A stretch of DNA of 64,000 bases. Origin: Sedimentisphaerales bacterium. Lineage in GTDB: Bacteria; Planctomycetota; Phycisphaerae; Sedimentisphaerales; SM23-30. Shown here in pieces: positions 35,578 through 46,030 of this stretch; positions within the stretch are counted from its first letter, which is position 1; each line of letters opens with the position of its first letter. A model generated the notes under the pieces. It saw nothing but the letters and a program-made list of their open reading frames with translations. It was not told the origin of the DNA and searched no databases. The stretch lies in the NCBI GenBank assembly GCA_963663805.2, contig CAXXMR010000013.1, forward strand, positions 1 to 64,000. Reading direction: 5' to 3'. A program made the position numbers and the translations under genes.

Positions 35578-38498
35578 TGAACTGGCGTATTGAAACTACT
35601 ACAAAAAGATGAGTATCTGGATGTAAATGCTCAGGAAATCGCGGCGGATATAAAGCAGCTTGGTATTGGCTCGGTTAAGGCTGTTCGTTCGGTGCGGGTT
35701 ATGCTGATTGAGGGGTGAGCTGGACCGTGAGCAGGTCGAGCGAGGGTGGCGGCGGAACTGCTGGTTGATCCGGTTAGCGAGAATTATTATATTGGGCCGG
35801 CCCCGGTTCCGAGTGATTTTGGTCAGGTAAATTTGTTTGAGGTTCATCTCAAGCCGGGGTGTGACTGACCCGGTGGCGGGGTTCGGCGCTGATGGGGATT
35901 CGAGATATGAATTTTGGGGCGGAGTCGGCGCGGACAGGTCGGAAATATTTTCATTGATGGGGCGTTGAGCGAGTATGAGCAAAAGGTTATCGCTGGGCGG
36001 GTTTTGGGGTAATGACTGTATCGAGGATGTGTTGATAGGTTCTGATTCTGAGCCGCCGAGTCCGCATGTTCGGCCTTACGAACTAAAGATTAGGAACTGG
36101 CCTATTCGCGAGCTTGACGAGGCGGCTTTGGAGAAGATGAGTAAGGACTGTGACCTGTTTTTGGACGGTTACGGAAATGAAGACGATCCAGGAGTATTTT
36201 CGCAAGCTGGAGAGGGAGCCGACGGATATTGAATTGGAGATGATCGCTCAGACCTGGAAGTGAGCATTGTGGGCATAAAACTTTTAGAGGGACGATTGAG
36301 TTTACGGAATATGACGGTGAGGAGCAGGTTCAGAAGGTGGCTGGTTGATAATCTGCTGAAATCGACTATCGCCAAGGCGACGTTTGATTTAGCTAAGCCG
36401 TGGTGTATTTCGGTGTTTGAGGATAACGCGGGGTGTGATTGATTTTAATGATGATTATGGGGTTTGCTTTAAGGTTGAGACGCATAATCATCCTTCGGGC
36501 GATCGAGCCTTACGGCGGGGGCGGCGACGGGAATCGGCGGTTGTATTCGTGACCCAATGGGTACGGGGCTGGGTGCTAAGCCGATCGCTAACACGGATAT
36601 TTTCTGTTTTGCGCGGCCTGACAAGAAGCTGGACGAACTGCCGGCGGGTGTATTGCATCCGCGGCGGGTAATGAAGGGTGTGGTCGCAGGTGTGCGTGAT
36701 TACGGCAACCGGATGGGGATACCGACGGTGAACGGGGGCGGTGCTGTTTGATGACCGCTATATGGGCAATCCGCTGGTGTTCTGCGGTAATATCGGTTTG
36801 ATTCCGCGCGATAAGTGTTTTGGTTCGGCTCGCGAAGGCGACCTGATTATGGTGGTGGGCGGCAGGCAGGACGGGGGCGTGATGGTATTCACGGGGCGAC
36901 GTTCAGCAGCGGCGAGATGACGCATGAACATGAGACTCTGTTTTCACACGCGGTGCAGATTGGTAACGCGATTACCGAAAAGAAGGTACTCGATACGCTG
37001 ATGCAGGCTCGCGATAAGGGTCTTTATGTAGCGGTTACCGATTGCGGGGCCGGTGGGCTGAGCAGTGCGGTGGGCGAGATGGGCGAGAAGCTGGGGGCGG
37101 TGGTTGATTTGGAAAAGATTCCGTTGAAGTATCAGGGGCTGAGCTATACGGAAGTTTGGATTAGTGAGGCTCAGGAGCGGATGGTTATTTCGGTTCCGCC
37201 GGAGAATTTGGATGAGATTCGCGCGCGGTGTTTGCGGCGGAAGATGTCGAAGCTACGGTGATAGGTCATTTTGGCAATGGCGGCAAGCTGGATCTGCATT
37301 ATGGGGGGACAGATTGTTGGTCGGTTGGATATGGATTTTCTGCATGACGGTCTGCCGCGTTTTACGCGTAAGGCGGTTTGGGCATATTCCGCAGCACGCT
37401 GAGCCGGAACTGCCGGTGAAGAATGATTATACTGACGATTTGAAGGCGATATTGGGTGATTACAATGTGGCCAGCAAGGAATGGGTGGTGCGTCAGTATG
37501 ACCATGAGGTGCAGGGCGGTTCGGTGATTAAGCCGCTGGTGGGTGTGGAGAATGACGGGCCGGGCGACGCGTCGGTGGTCAAGCCGATATTGGGTGAGGA
37601 CAGGGCGCTGGCGATTGGTTGTGGTATATGTCCCCAATATAGTGATTTGGACCCGTATGCGATGGCTTTAGCGGCGATTGACGAGGCGGTGCGTAATGTG
37701 GTCGCGGTGGGGGCCCGGCCTGACAAGATTAGTATTCTGGATAATTTTTGCTGGGGTAACTGTGCCAAGCCGGACCGGTTGGGTTCGCTGGTTAAGGCGG
37801 CTCAGGGTTGTTATGACGCGGCGATGGCTTATGGCACGCCGTTTATCTCCGGCAAGGATTCGCTTAATAATGAGTTTGTGACTGACAGTGGTGAGACGAT
37901 TAGTATTCCGGGGACGCTGCTGGTAAGTGCGATGGCGATTGTCGATGACGCACGAAAGTGTGTGACGATGGATTTGAAAGAGCCGGGCAATCTGCTTGTC
38001 GCGGTTGGGCCGACTCGAAATGAGCTGGGTGGTTCGTATTATTACAAACTGCAAGGTCAGCTGGGTGCGAATGTACCGCGGGTTGACCTCAAGGCTGGTC
38101 CGCAGATTATTAAGGCGGTGGCTGAAGCGATTAGTAAAGGTTTGGTGATTTCCTGTCATGATTGCAGCGAGGGCGGGCTGGCGGTGGCTTTGGCGGAGAT
38201 GGCTTTTGCGGGCGGTTATGGTTTGGAAGCTGACCTGGCGGCGGTTCCGGTGGAGGGAGATATAACCAGGGACGACCAGTTGTTATTCAGTGAGACGACC
38301 AGTCGGTTTGTGCTGGAGGTTCGGCCGGACGATTTTGGTAAAATCGCGGAGATATTGAAGAATGTGCGTTTTGGTGAAATCGGCAAGGTTGGTTCCGGTA
38401 CGAAAGTAGTGATTCGTGGACGTAATGCCAAGAAAGTTATTAACGCGGATATTAAGTCACTCAAGGCTGCGTGGCAGGAGCCGCTTTTTAAGATATGA
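35577..38498 (+). CDS. purL: Phosphoribosylformylglycinamidine synthase PurL (with PurS-like N-terminal region), split by many frameshifts
   Basis: [76 protein letters not shown]; upstream of purQ. Confidence 0.92.
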
Positions 38499-38503
38499 GA
38501 TAC

Positions 38504-38577
38504 AAGGCAAGGGGCATGAGGCATGAGGCAAGAGTGAACGGCCAGGTGCCGCCTGACGGCGGGACTATTTTACTTAA
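38504..38577 (+). repeat. Composite repeat copy between purL and purQ
   Basis: AGGCAAGGGGCATGAGGCATGAGGCAAGAGTGAACGGCCAGGTGCCGCCTGACGGCGG. Confidence 0.85.
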
Positions 38578-38666
38578 CGTCAATTGCCTGGTGTTGCTTT
38601 TTATGCAGATGTTTAGTTGGAAGATACTTTAACGACAATAGAAACGGATTAGATAGAAGAAAAAAT

Positions 38667-39452
38667 ATGCCTAATGTAAAAGTATTGGTGCTGCGGACGG
38701 CGGGGACTAATTGTGATTTGGAGACTTCTCACGCGTTTAAGCTGGCTGGTGCGGAGACGGAATCTGTGCATGTGAACAAGCTTATCGCTGAGCCGGGTTT
38801 GCTGAGTAATTATCAGATTCTGGCATTGCCGGGCGGGTTTAGTTACGGCGACGACATCGCGGCGGGCAAGATACTGGCTAATCAGTTGATTCATCATTTT
38901 CGTGAGCAGGTGCGGGAGTTTATCGATGCGGATAAGTTGGTGATAGGTATCTGTAACGGTTTTCAGGTTCTGGTCAAGGCTGGTCTGCTGCCGGGTCTGA
39001 CTGATGAGCAGTTTGCGAATGTTGGTTTGCAGCAGGCTACGCTTACATATAATGACTGCGGGAAGTTTGAGGATCGTTGGGTTTATCTTGAGCCGGGAAC
39101 AGATAAATGTGTTTTTGTTCGGCCTGGTCAGCGGATTTATCTGCCTATCGCTCATGGCGAAGGTAAGGTTTGTTTTGCTGAGGAGGGGATTTTGAAAAGC
39201 GTGCAGGATAACGGTCAGGTGGCGTTTCGGTATGTTGATAAAGACGGGCAGTTTGGCGGGTTCCCGGTTAATCCGAATGGTTCTACGGACCATATCGCGG
39301 GTTTGTGTGACTCGACGGGTCGAGTGCTGGGTCTGATGCCGCATCCGGAACGTTTTGTGGAAGTGACTCAGCATCCGCGCTGGACCAGAGAGAAGCTTGA
39401 ACGTGCCGACGGTTTGGGGATATTTGTCAATGCTGTTGACTATTTCAAATAG
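38667..39452 (+). CDS. purQ: FGAM synthase glutaminase subunit PurQ
   Basis: GTNCD, PGGFSYGD, GICNGFQ, AHGEG, NPNGS, MPHPER. Confidence 0.96.
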   Translation: MPNVKVLVLRTAGTNCDLETSHAFKLAGAETESVHVNKLIAEPGLLSNYQILALPGGFSYGDDIAAGKILANQLIHHFREQVREFIDADKLVIGICNGFQVLVKAGLLPGLTDEQFANVGLQQATLTYNDCGKFEDRWVYLEPGTDKCVFVRPGQRIYLPIAHGEGKVCFAEEGILKSVQDNGQVAFRYVDKDGQFGGFPVNPNGSTDHIAGLCDSTGRVLGLMPHPERFVEVTQHPRWTREKLERADGLGIFVNAVDYFK

Positions 39453-39467
39453 AAGCATGGTGTTATA

Positions 39468-41243
39468 GTGTCCCGTCTTTATTCTCGCAAATCTGGTTCG
39501 GCGGTCTGGCAGATTGCCGAGCCTTGGGGTGAGCGTTTGCCGTTCGCGTCCAAGTTGGGTGTGCCGGAAGTTGTCGCTCAGGTTTTGTATAATCGGGGGA
39601 TAGATGATTTTGAGGCGGCCCGGCGTTTTTTACAGCCGTCTTTGGGTGATTTGATTGGGCCGGGTGATATGGTGGGGATGTCGGCGGCAGTGGGGCGGAT
39701 TACGCGGGCGCTGAACGAACGGGAGAAGATAGTTCTTTACGGCGATTATGACGTGGATGGGATTACGGGGGTTTCGCTGCTGTGGCGGTGCCTGAAGCTG
39801 GCGGGGGTTGATGCTGATTATTATGTGCCGCATCGTCTGGATGAGGGCTATGGTCTTAATGTGCAGGCGATTGAGCAGCTAGCGGAGAAGGGGGCGAAGC
39901 TTATTATTACGGTTGACTGCGGGGTGACGGCGGTTGAGCCGGCGGCACGGGCGGCGGAGCTGGGGGTTGATTTGGTGATTACAGACCATCATAAGCTGGA
40001 GAGCGAACTGCCGGCGGCGGTGAGTATTCTGCATCCGAATTTGCCGGGTCAGGATTACGCTAATCATGATTTGTGCGGGGCGGGGGTGGCGTTCAAACTG
40101 GCTTGGGGTCTTAGCCAGCAGCTTTGCGGCTCAGAGAAGGTTACGTCGGAGTTTCGGGAGTTTCTGATAACGGCGACAGGGCTGGTGGCGTTGGGTACTA
40201 TCGCTGATGTAGTGCCGCTTCAGGGTGAGAACCGTATACTAGCACAGTTTGGGATGAAGTGTCTGGCGGATAGTTCGGATTTGGGGATACGGGCGCTTAT
40301 TGAGGCGGCGGGTTTGACGGGTACGGCGTTGCAGAGCAGCGATATTGGGTTCAAACTGGCACCACGTTTGAACGCGGCGGGTCGGATGGGGCATGCTCGT
40401 TTGGCGGTGGAACTTTTTACGCGGAGCGGGCCGGCACGAGCGGAGGAAATCGCGGCGTATCTGGAAAATCTTAATCAGCAGCGTCGGAAGGTGCAGAATC
40501 AGATATTCGAGGAAGCGGCCTTGCAGGTGCGGCAGTTGGGGATGGATAAGGAAGCGTGCCGGGGGATTGTGCTGGCGGGAGAGAACTGGCACGGCGGGGT
40601 GATAGGCATTGTGGCCAGTAAAATAGTGGACACCTATAACAAGCCGACGGTGATTCTGACGGCTCAGGACGAGCGTTTGATGGGTTCGTGCCGGAGTATA
40701 CCGGGTTTTGATATTTGTACAGCGTTGGAGGCTTGTGCGGAAAATATTCTGAGTTTCGGCGGTCATACGATGGCGGCGGGTTTGACAGTTGAGCCGGCGA
40801 AACTTGAGGCGTTGCGGGCGGCGTTTATTGAATACGCGGGCGGCAAGCTGGCAGATTTGGATTTGACACCTACGCTGGCGATTGATGCTGAGGTTGATTT
40901 GCGGCGTCTGGACATGAAAACCGCGCAGACGATTGAAAAGCTGGGGCCGTTCGGGTCGGGTAATCCGGAAATTCTGCTGGCGGCTCGGAATCTGTGTCTG
41001 GTGAATCCGCCCCGGAAGATGGGACGGAGCGGGGACCATTTGCAGTTTCTGGTTTGTCCGGCGGAGTGTAAGGGGACACCGCAAAATGTATTTCGGGCGG
41101 TGGCATTTGGCCAGGCGAAGATTGAAAAGAAGCTTATCGACGCGGCGAGTTTTGATTTAGCGTTTACGCCGGTGATTAACCGCTATAACGGCAATAGTAA
41201 TGTTGAGCTGATGGTGACCGCAATCCAGATAATTTCCGGTTAG
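39468..41243 (+). CDS. recJ: Single-stranded DNA exonuclease RecJ
   Basis: GDYDVDG, TVDCG, TDHH, GTIADVV, APRLNAAGR, GSCRS, FGGH..AAG. Confidence 0.96.
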   Translation: MSRLYSRKSGSAVWQIAEPWGERLPFASKLGVPEVVAQVLYNRGIDDFEAARRFLQPSLGDLIGPGDMVGMSAAVGRITRALNEREKIVLYGDYDVDGITGVSLLWRCLKLAGVDADYYVPHRLDEGYGLNVQAIEQLAEKGAKLIITVDCGVTAVEPAARAAELGVDLVITDHHKLESELPAAVSILHPNLPGQDYANHDLCGAGVAFKLAWGLSQQLCGSEKVTSEFREFLITATGLVALGTIADVVPLQGENRILAQFGMKCLADSSDLGIRALIEAAGLTGTALQSSDIGFKLAPRLNAAGRMGHARLAVELFTRSGPARAEEIAAYLENLNQQRRKVQNQIFEEAALQVRQLGMDKEACRGIVLAGENWHGGVIGIVASKIVDTYNKPTVILTAQDERLMGSCRSIPGFDICTALEACAENILSFGGHTMAAGLTVEPAKLEALRAAFIEYAGGKLADLDLTPTLAIDAEVDLRRLDMKTAQTIEKLGPFGSGNPEILLAARNLCLVNPPRKMGRSGDHLQFLVCPAECKGTPQNVFRAVAFGQAKIEKKLIDAASFDLAFTPVINRYNGNSNVELMVTAIQIISG

Positions 41244-41880
41244 GAAACGAATTTGGGCTGCGGGTTATTTTGGGGTTCGGGGTTGAGCACCCATTTTTTG
41301 ATTATTTTGTAGACATCATCTCGTTCGATAGGTTTGGAGAGATAGTCGTTCATGCCAGCGTCGAGGCATATCTGTTTGTCTTCGGTGAAGGCATTTGCTG
41401 TTAAAGCGATAATGGGTATTTCATGCTGTCCGGATTCTCTGATTTTTTTACTGGCTTCCGGGCCATCCATCAAGGGCATTTGCATATCCATGAAGATTAA
41501 ATCGTATTGGTTTTGTTCAATTTCTTTGAGGGCTTCGATTCCATTTTCGACGGTTTTTACCGAATAGCCCGCGGTTTTCAAGATATGTTCGGCGAGCTTC
41601 TGGTTTTTCAGGTCGTCCTCGACCAGTAAAATACGTACGGAGTGCTTGCGTTTTTCGTTTATTGAATGTCGGGTGGTTATTGGGCTGGCGGTTTTTTTTT
41701 GTGGGTGTTTCTGATAATAGTGAGGCCATCATGGCAAGCAGGTCTTTTCTTCTGACGGGTTTGGGCAGGAAACCGTCGAAGCCCGCGTCTTTGCTTTTTG
41801 AGCATTTCTGGGTAAGGTCGGAAGACAGGGCGACGGCTGGTATATGGGGTATCGATTTGGTCGGGTCTTACTGTTTTGGG
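41240..41880 (-). pseudogene. 5'-truncated C-terminal (partial REC + REC) fragment of a hybrid histidine kinase
   Basis: IPHIPAVALSS...AGFDGFLPKPV, then RILLVEDDLKNQ...FMDMQMPLMDG...IIALTANA...DYLSKP; no start, abuts unrelated DNA at ~41880. Confidence 0.8.
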
Positions 41881-42375
41881 TCTATTATTAATAATACGAT
41901 AAGCAATGTGACTCATGTCGATGACACTAACATTGCTTGTGGCATCGTTTCTACGGGCATTGGCACAAGAATCGAAAACAACACGATATACAACATTGTC
42001 AACCACTTATATACCAAGTCATTTGGCATCGCAGCCGTACAGGACCATAACGGCGGTAGCATGATTAATAACATAATCCACACGGCTGGCTATGGTTACT
42101 ATCCGTCATTGTATAATCTATGGTCACGCCCGACAATCGAAGATTACAATTGTTATTATAACTGTACCAACGCTTACGGTGGCACGGCAACCGCGGGCGA
42201 TAATGATTTGATCGTCAATCCTCAATTTGCAGATCCGGATAATCTTGACTTCACCCCCCTAAATTGGCAACTAATGGAATCCGGTAAGCCGAGCCCGACT
42301 GGCAATCCCACACATATCGGCGCGGTCGGCAAGCCCTCCGCGTATGATATTATTTATAGGGCGTTAGGTGTATAA
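41881..42375 (+). pseudogene. 5'-truncated parallel beta-helix protein fragment
   Basis: IINNTI, IENNTIYN, MINNII, YNCYYN, NPQFADP, HIGA; the upstream part of the ORF is antisense kinase sequence. Confidence 0.65.
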
Positions 42376-42929
42376 TGGTTGATTATAACGACACTGCCGT
42401 CGGCTGGATTCCCGACCCGGATAATACCACGACCCACATGGTCACAGATCAGGACCTTGATGGTTATAACTGGGACTACATTCGCTACCGGATCAGCCAT
42501 GACCAGATTGCGGACCCGTCGCCGGTGGCACCGGTGAGTGTGGATGGTTCAGGCGACGTGAGCCTGGTGCCTGGTAACGACCCGGTTAATGTCGCCGCGT
42601 TTCCGCTGGCCGCCGGCCAGGTTTGTCTGACCTGGCGGCATAACGACGAGCTGGAACCCGCCACGCCGGATGGGTTCAAAGTCTACCGGTCCATCAGCGG
42701 AGCCGCTGCAACTCTACTGACCACCGTCAGCCTGCACGGAGGAACCCGAAACTATTCAGCCACCGACACCACCAACCATGCCAACGAGACCGAGCTGGAA
42801 TACACCATCAAGTCATATCGCACGGTTGGTGAAACCACTTACGAATCCGCCGGGGTATCGGTCGAAGTTACCGCCGACGCAGTCGGACCGCCAGCCGTGG
42901 ACGATTTTACGATTTATTTGATTGATTAG
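42375..42929 (+). CDS. Hypothetical protein with a fibronectin-III-like domain
   Basis: VCLTW...GFKVYRS...YSATD...YTIKSY; start overlaps the upstream stop. Confidence 0.65.
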   Translation: MVDYNDTAVGWIPDPDNTTTHMVTDQDLDGYNWDYIRYRISHDQIADPSPVAPVSVDGSGDVSLVPGNDPVNVAAFPLAAGQVCLTWRHNDELEPATPDGFKVYRSISGAAATLLTTVSLHGGTRNYSATDTTNHANETELEYTIKSYRTVGETTYESAGVSVEVTADAVGPPAVDDFTIYLID

Positions 42930-42965
42930 CCCTGCCAGTCGATCGCAAGATCGACACTCACTGCG

Positions 42966-43004
42966 ATGGCCGCGTTTTTTGCCTGGGAACGCGGCCATTT
43001 TTTT
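42966..43004 (+). terminator. Rho-independent terminator
   Basis: ATGGCCGCGTT/AACGCGGCCAT stem followed by a T run. Confidence 0.8.
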
Positions 43005-43089
43005 ACAAAAGTGTCATAAAGAGTGTCATAAAGGGTTTTGGTGGGTTTAGCCCGTGATTGTAAGATGTGAAATAATAAGACATTACAAG

Positions 43090-43164
43090 TCGGGGTGACA
43101 GGATTCGAACCTGCGGCCTCCTGCTCCCAAAGCAGGCGCTCTAGCCAAGCTGAGCTACACCCCG
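43090..43164 (-). tRNA. tRNA-Pro (UGG), CCA not encoded
   Basis: CGGGGTGTAGCTCAGCTTGGCTAGAGCG-CCTGC-TTTGGGA-GCAGG...GGTTCGAATCC..CACCCCGA cloverleaf. Confidence 0.97.
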
Positions 43165-43336
43165 TGGGGTAAGTTGGATAGTCTAGTGAGGCAGAGTGGT
43201 GGTGTCAAGTTTGTAATAGTAATGTAGTAATAAGTGGGGGCGGAGGGTTTGTTTTTGTAACATCTTTATAGTTAGTAGTTTATGTGAAACCAGGGGGCTT
43301 GGGGTGGTGATTTTTTATCTTAAATTACGGGGTGAT

Positions 43337-43365
43337 TGTAACAATTGTTTGAGGGTACTCGTATA
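43337..43365 (+). promoter_or_regulatory. Candidate ECF-sigma promoter TGTAAC-N17-CGTATA
   Basis: Matches the AAC/CGT ECF consensus and sits upstream of an operon encoding an ECF sigma factor. Confidence 0.55.
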
Positions 43366-43450
43366 AGTGGGTGAGCCGCGGTGGTTTTTCTGCGATAAAA
43401 CTGGTAAAAATGTTACAATCTCTTATGGATGTTGGAAAGGACTTAAAACG

Positions 43451-44416
43451 ATGAAAAAGGTTATTCTATTATTGGTTCTGGTGTTGGGCTTGGTCAATGG
43501 GGTTGGGGCTGCTCCTTTGAATCTGGCTCAGGTTCCGGTTGAGGCGAAATGGCTGGCCCATGTTGATTTTGAGGCGTTGGGCGGTACGGATTTATGGTGG
43601 CTTGTCAGTCAGGAAATCCCTGAGCAGGCTCAGCAGAAGATAGATGATATTGCTGAAATTACCGGCTGTGACCCGACCGAGGATATTTATGGTCTGACTC
43701 TTTTGGGCCCCGACGCTAAAGAAGAAAACGTGGTAGCGTTGTTTTACGGCAAGTACGACCAGGGCAAACTTGAATCTTTGCTGAAAGGTAATGCCGCGTA
43801 TTCAGAAAGCGTGTATAAGGGCAAAACCATATATCACTGGGTTGAGAAGGTGCGCGGGCGCAATCAGTGCGGAATTTTCGCGGCTGACAGTATGATTGTT
43901 GTTTCTCAGAGTGAGGCGGCGGTTCAGCAGATGATAGATTTGCTTGAGGGAGAGGGCAAATCGCTGGCTGAGGGTGAGGGCCCGCTGACCGGACTGGTTG
44001 AGGCACCTGAAGGCGTGGTGTTTGTGGCATCGGCTCAGAGTCTCAATGAACTGGTGGCGAATAAGCCGCGGGCAGCGCTGGCGAAAAAACTGGAGACTTT
44101 CACGCTCAAGATAGGTGAATATGACGGCTGCTATCTGGATGTGCAGATGGATATGGTTGCCGGCAATGACGCGGATGCCGAGCGAATCGCCAAGAGCCTG
44201 ATGGGTCTCAGGGCGTTCATTGAATTGAAACATGGCGATTCGTCGGAAGTGTCTGAGATGTTTGACGCAACGAGTATGAAATGGGACAAGAACAATATCA
44301 GCGTGCATTTTCGGTATCCTTCGGTGGAGCTGTTCGAAATGGCCAAGGCTCATATTATGAAAAAGCGTCTTATCCAAAAAGGTCTTACGGAACTGAACAA
44401 GCTCAAGTCAAACTGA
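43451..44416 (+). CDS. Secreted hypothetical protein co-transcribed with ECF sigma/anti-sigma
   Basis: MKKVILLLVLVLG signal peptide; AAAGGA RBS. Confidence 0.8.
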   Translation: MKKVILLLVLVLGLVNGVGAAPLNLAQVPVEAKWLAHVDFEALGGTDLWWLVSQEIPEQAQQKIDDIAEITGCDPTEDIYGLTLLGPDAKEENVVALFYGKYDQGKLESLLKGNAAYSESVYKGKTIYHWVEKVRGRNQCGIFAADSMIVVSQSEAAVQQMIDLLEGEGKSLAEGEGPLTGLVEAPEGVVFVASAQSLNELVANKPRAALAKKLETFTLKIGEYDGCYLDVQMDMVAGNDADAERIAKSLMGLRAFIELKHGDSSEVSEMFDATSMKWDKNNISVHFRYPSVELFEMAKAHIMKKRLIQKGLTELNKLKSN

Positions 44417-44432
44417 GCATCAAGCGGTAGAT

Positions 44433-45029
44433 ATGGCGAATATGCCTGAGAGTTATATATCCAAAGCTGACGAAGAACTGGCCCGTTTAGCCGCTGAGGG
44501 TGAACGGGCCGGCTTTACGGAGGTGGTGCGTCGCTATTCTCGTCCGTTGTTGCTGTTTGCCTGGGGGCGGATGGGCAGTTATGACCAGGCTGAGGATATT
44601 GTGCAGGAGACGTTTATGCGGGCTTACGCTGCCATCGCTTCGTTTGACAGCGGGTACTCGCTGAAGAACTGGCTGTTCACTATCGCTTATCGCCAGATTG
44701 TTTCGGCGTATCGCAAGAAAAAGCCGGATAGTTTGTCGGAGCAGGCGGTGGGTAAATTGTCGGCCCCTATTAAAGATGACAGCGAGTGGCTATGGGAAGT
44801 GGTCGGTCTGTTAGGGCCTGAAACGCATAGCGTTCTATGGCTGCGTTATAAAGAAGGAATGACAACGGCGGAGATCGCCGGGGTGATGAAGAAGACGCGT
44901 GTTTCGGTGCGTGTTCTGCTGCATCGCAGTCGTAAGCGGCTGGAGCGTGAGTTGGTGAATCGCCCGGAAATTACAGATTATAGTCACTTGTTTCGGAATA
45001 ATGTCAAGTTGGCTGAAAGGGTTGAATGA
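44433..45029 (+). CDS. ECF RNA polymerase sigma factor
   Basis: AEDIVQETF, WLFTIA, region 4 LRYKEGMTTAEIA...LLHRSRKRL. Confidence 0.93.
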   Translation: MANMPESYISKADEELARLAAEGERAGFTEVVRRYSRPLLLFAWGRMGSYDQAEDIVQETFMRAYAAIASFDSGYSLKNWLFTIAYRQIVSAYRKKKPDSLSEQAVGKLSAPIKDDSEWLWEVVGLLGPETHSVLWLRYKEGMTTAEIAGVMKKTRVSVRVLLHRSRKRLERELVNRPEITDYSHLFRNNVKLAERVE

Positions 45030-45595
45030 TGTTTTGTTTTATTTATCGTCGTCGAATAGAGGCTGAACTGGATGACCGGGGGCGGTTGGATAGTCTTTCC
45101 TTATTGCGACATGTGGCGCATTGTGAGTCGTGTCGGGGCTGGGCTGGAACGTTGGCCGAAATTGAGCATGAACTTGCTGGCGCGATTGGTGTTGACTCGG
45201 CACTTGAGCGCAGTGAAGCACGCATTCTGCAAAGATGGGCGCAGGCTGATAATAATCTTAATATTTCAGATTATCGCGCTAAGGTCGCCAAGTCGGATTT
45301 TCACCGCTGGATAAGCAGGGTTGCGGCCCTGGTTCTGTTGGGATTTGTTTTGAGCGGCATATATCTGGTTAGCGACCGTGAAAAAGAACCCAGAGTTGTG
45401 GTGGAGGATACCGTGGCGGAGTTTTCCGGGATGATGAAGGGTCAGGTTGAGCTGGCGGCTCTCTGGCCGGACGTTGCTTTGGAAGCGGAGATACAAAATG
45501 TGAAAGATGAAATCAGCGGCGTGGTTGGTTTTCTTCAGGATGCTGTGCCGGAGAAACTCTGGGCTTCTAATGTGACTGCCGAGAAACGGCGCTAG
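45026..45595 (+). CDS. Zinc-binding (HxxxCxxC) transmembrane anti-sigma factor
   Basis: HVAHCESC plus one TM helix; overlaps the sigma gene by 4 nt. Confidence 0.85.
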   Translation: MMFCFIYRRRIEAELDDRGRLDSLSLLRHVAHCESCRGWAGTLAEIEHELAGAIGVDSALERSEARILQRWAQADNNLNISDYRAKVAKSDFHRWISRVAALVLLGFVLSGIYLVSDREKEPRVVVEDTVAEFSGMMKGQVELAALWPDVALEAEIQNVKDEISGVVGFLQDAVPEKLWASNVTAEKRR

Positions 45596-45598
45596 TCT

Positions 45599-46021
45599 TC
45601 AGGGATAGGTTTGCCCCCGCTGAGTTTTCAGTTGTGAATGTTGTTTTTTACGGTCGAGTCGTTTTTGGATTGAGGTTCGGGTGGGTTTGGTGGGGCGGCG
45701 TTTTTTGGGCGGGATAAGGGCTTGATTTATCAGGTGCCGCAGCCTACATAGTACGTCCTGAAGGTTTCGGGCCTGATGCCTATGGCGGTCTGATTCCATC
45801 TGGATGGAGCCGGATTTGGTATAGCGTTTACCAGCCAGAACTTTCAGGCGATGTCGAACCGGGGCGGCAAGAATTTCACAGCGGTCCAGGTCGAAAGTGA
45901 GCTGAGCCCGCGTGTTGACTTTGTTGACATTTTGTCCGCCGGGCCCGCTGGAGCGGATATAAGTGACCCGGATGAATTCTTCGGGGATGGTTATTTTGTC
46001 GTTAATATGAAGTTCGGGCAT
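45599..46021 (-). CDS. arfB: Alternative ribosome-rescue peptidyl-tRNA hydrolase ArfB
   Basis: RSSGPGGQNVNKV and basic tail PKKRRPTKPTR...K. Confidence 0.95.
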   Translation of the reverse strand: MPELHINDKITIPEEFIRVTYIRSSGPGGQNVNKVNTRAQLTFDLDRCEILAAPVRHRLKVLAGKRYTKSGSIQMESDRHRHQARNLQDVLCRLRHLINQALIPPKKRRPTKPTRTSIQKRLDRKKQHSQLKTQRGQTYP

Positions 46022-46030
46022 GGCATTTTT

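Noticed and set aside
41662..41880. N-terminus of the 237-aa ORF in the track
   Set aside because: It is the antisense of the truncated kinase; only 41881 onward looks coding on +.
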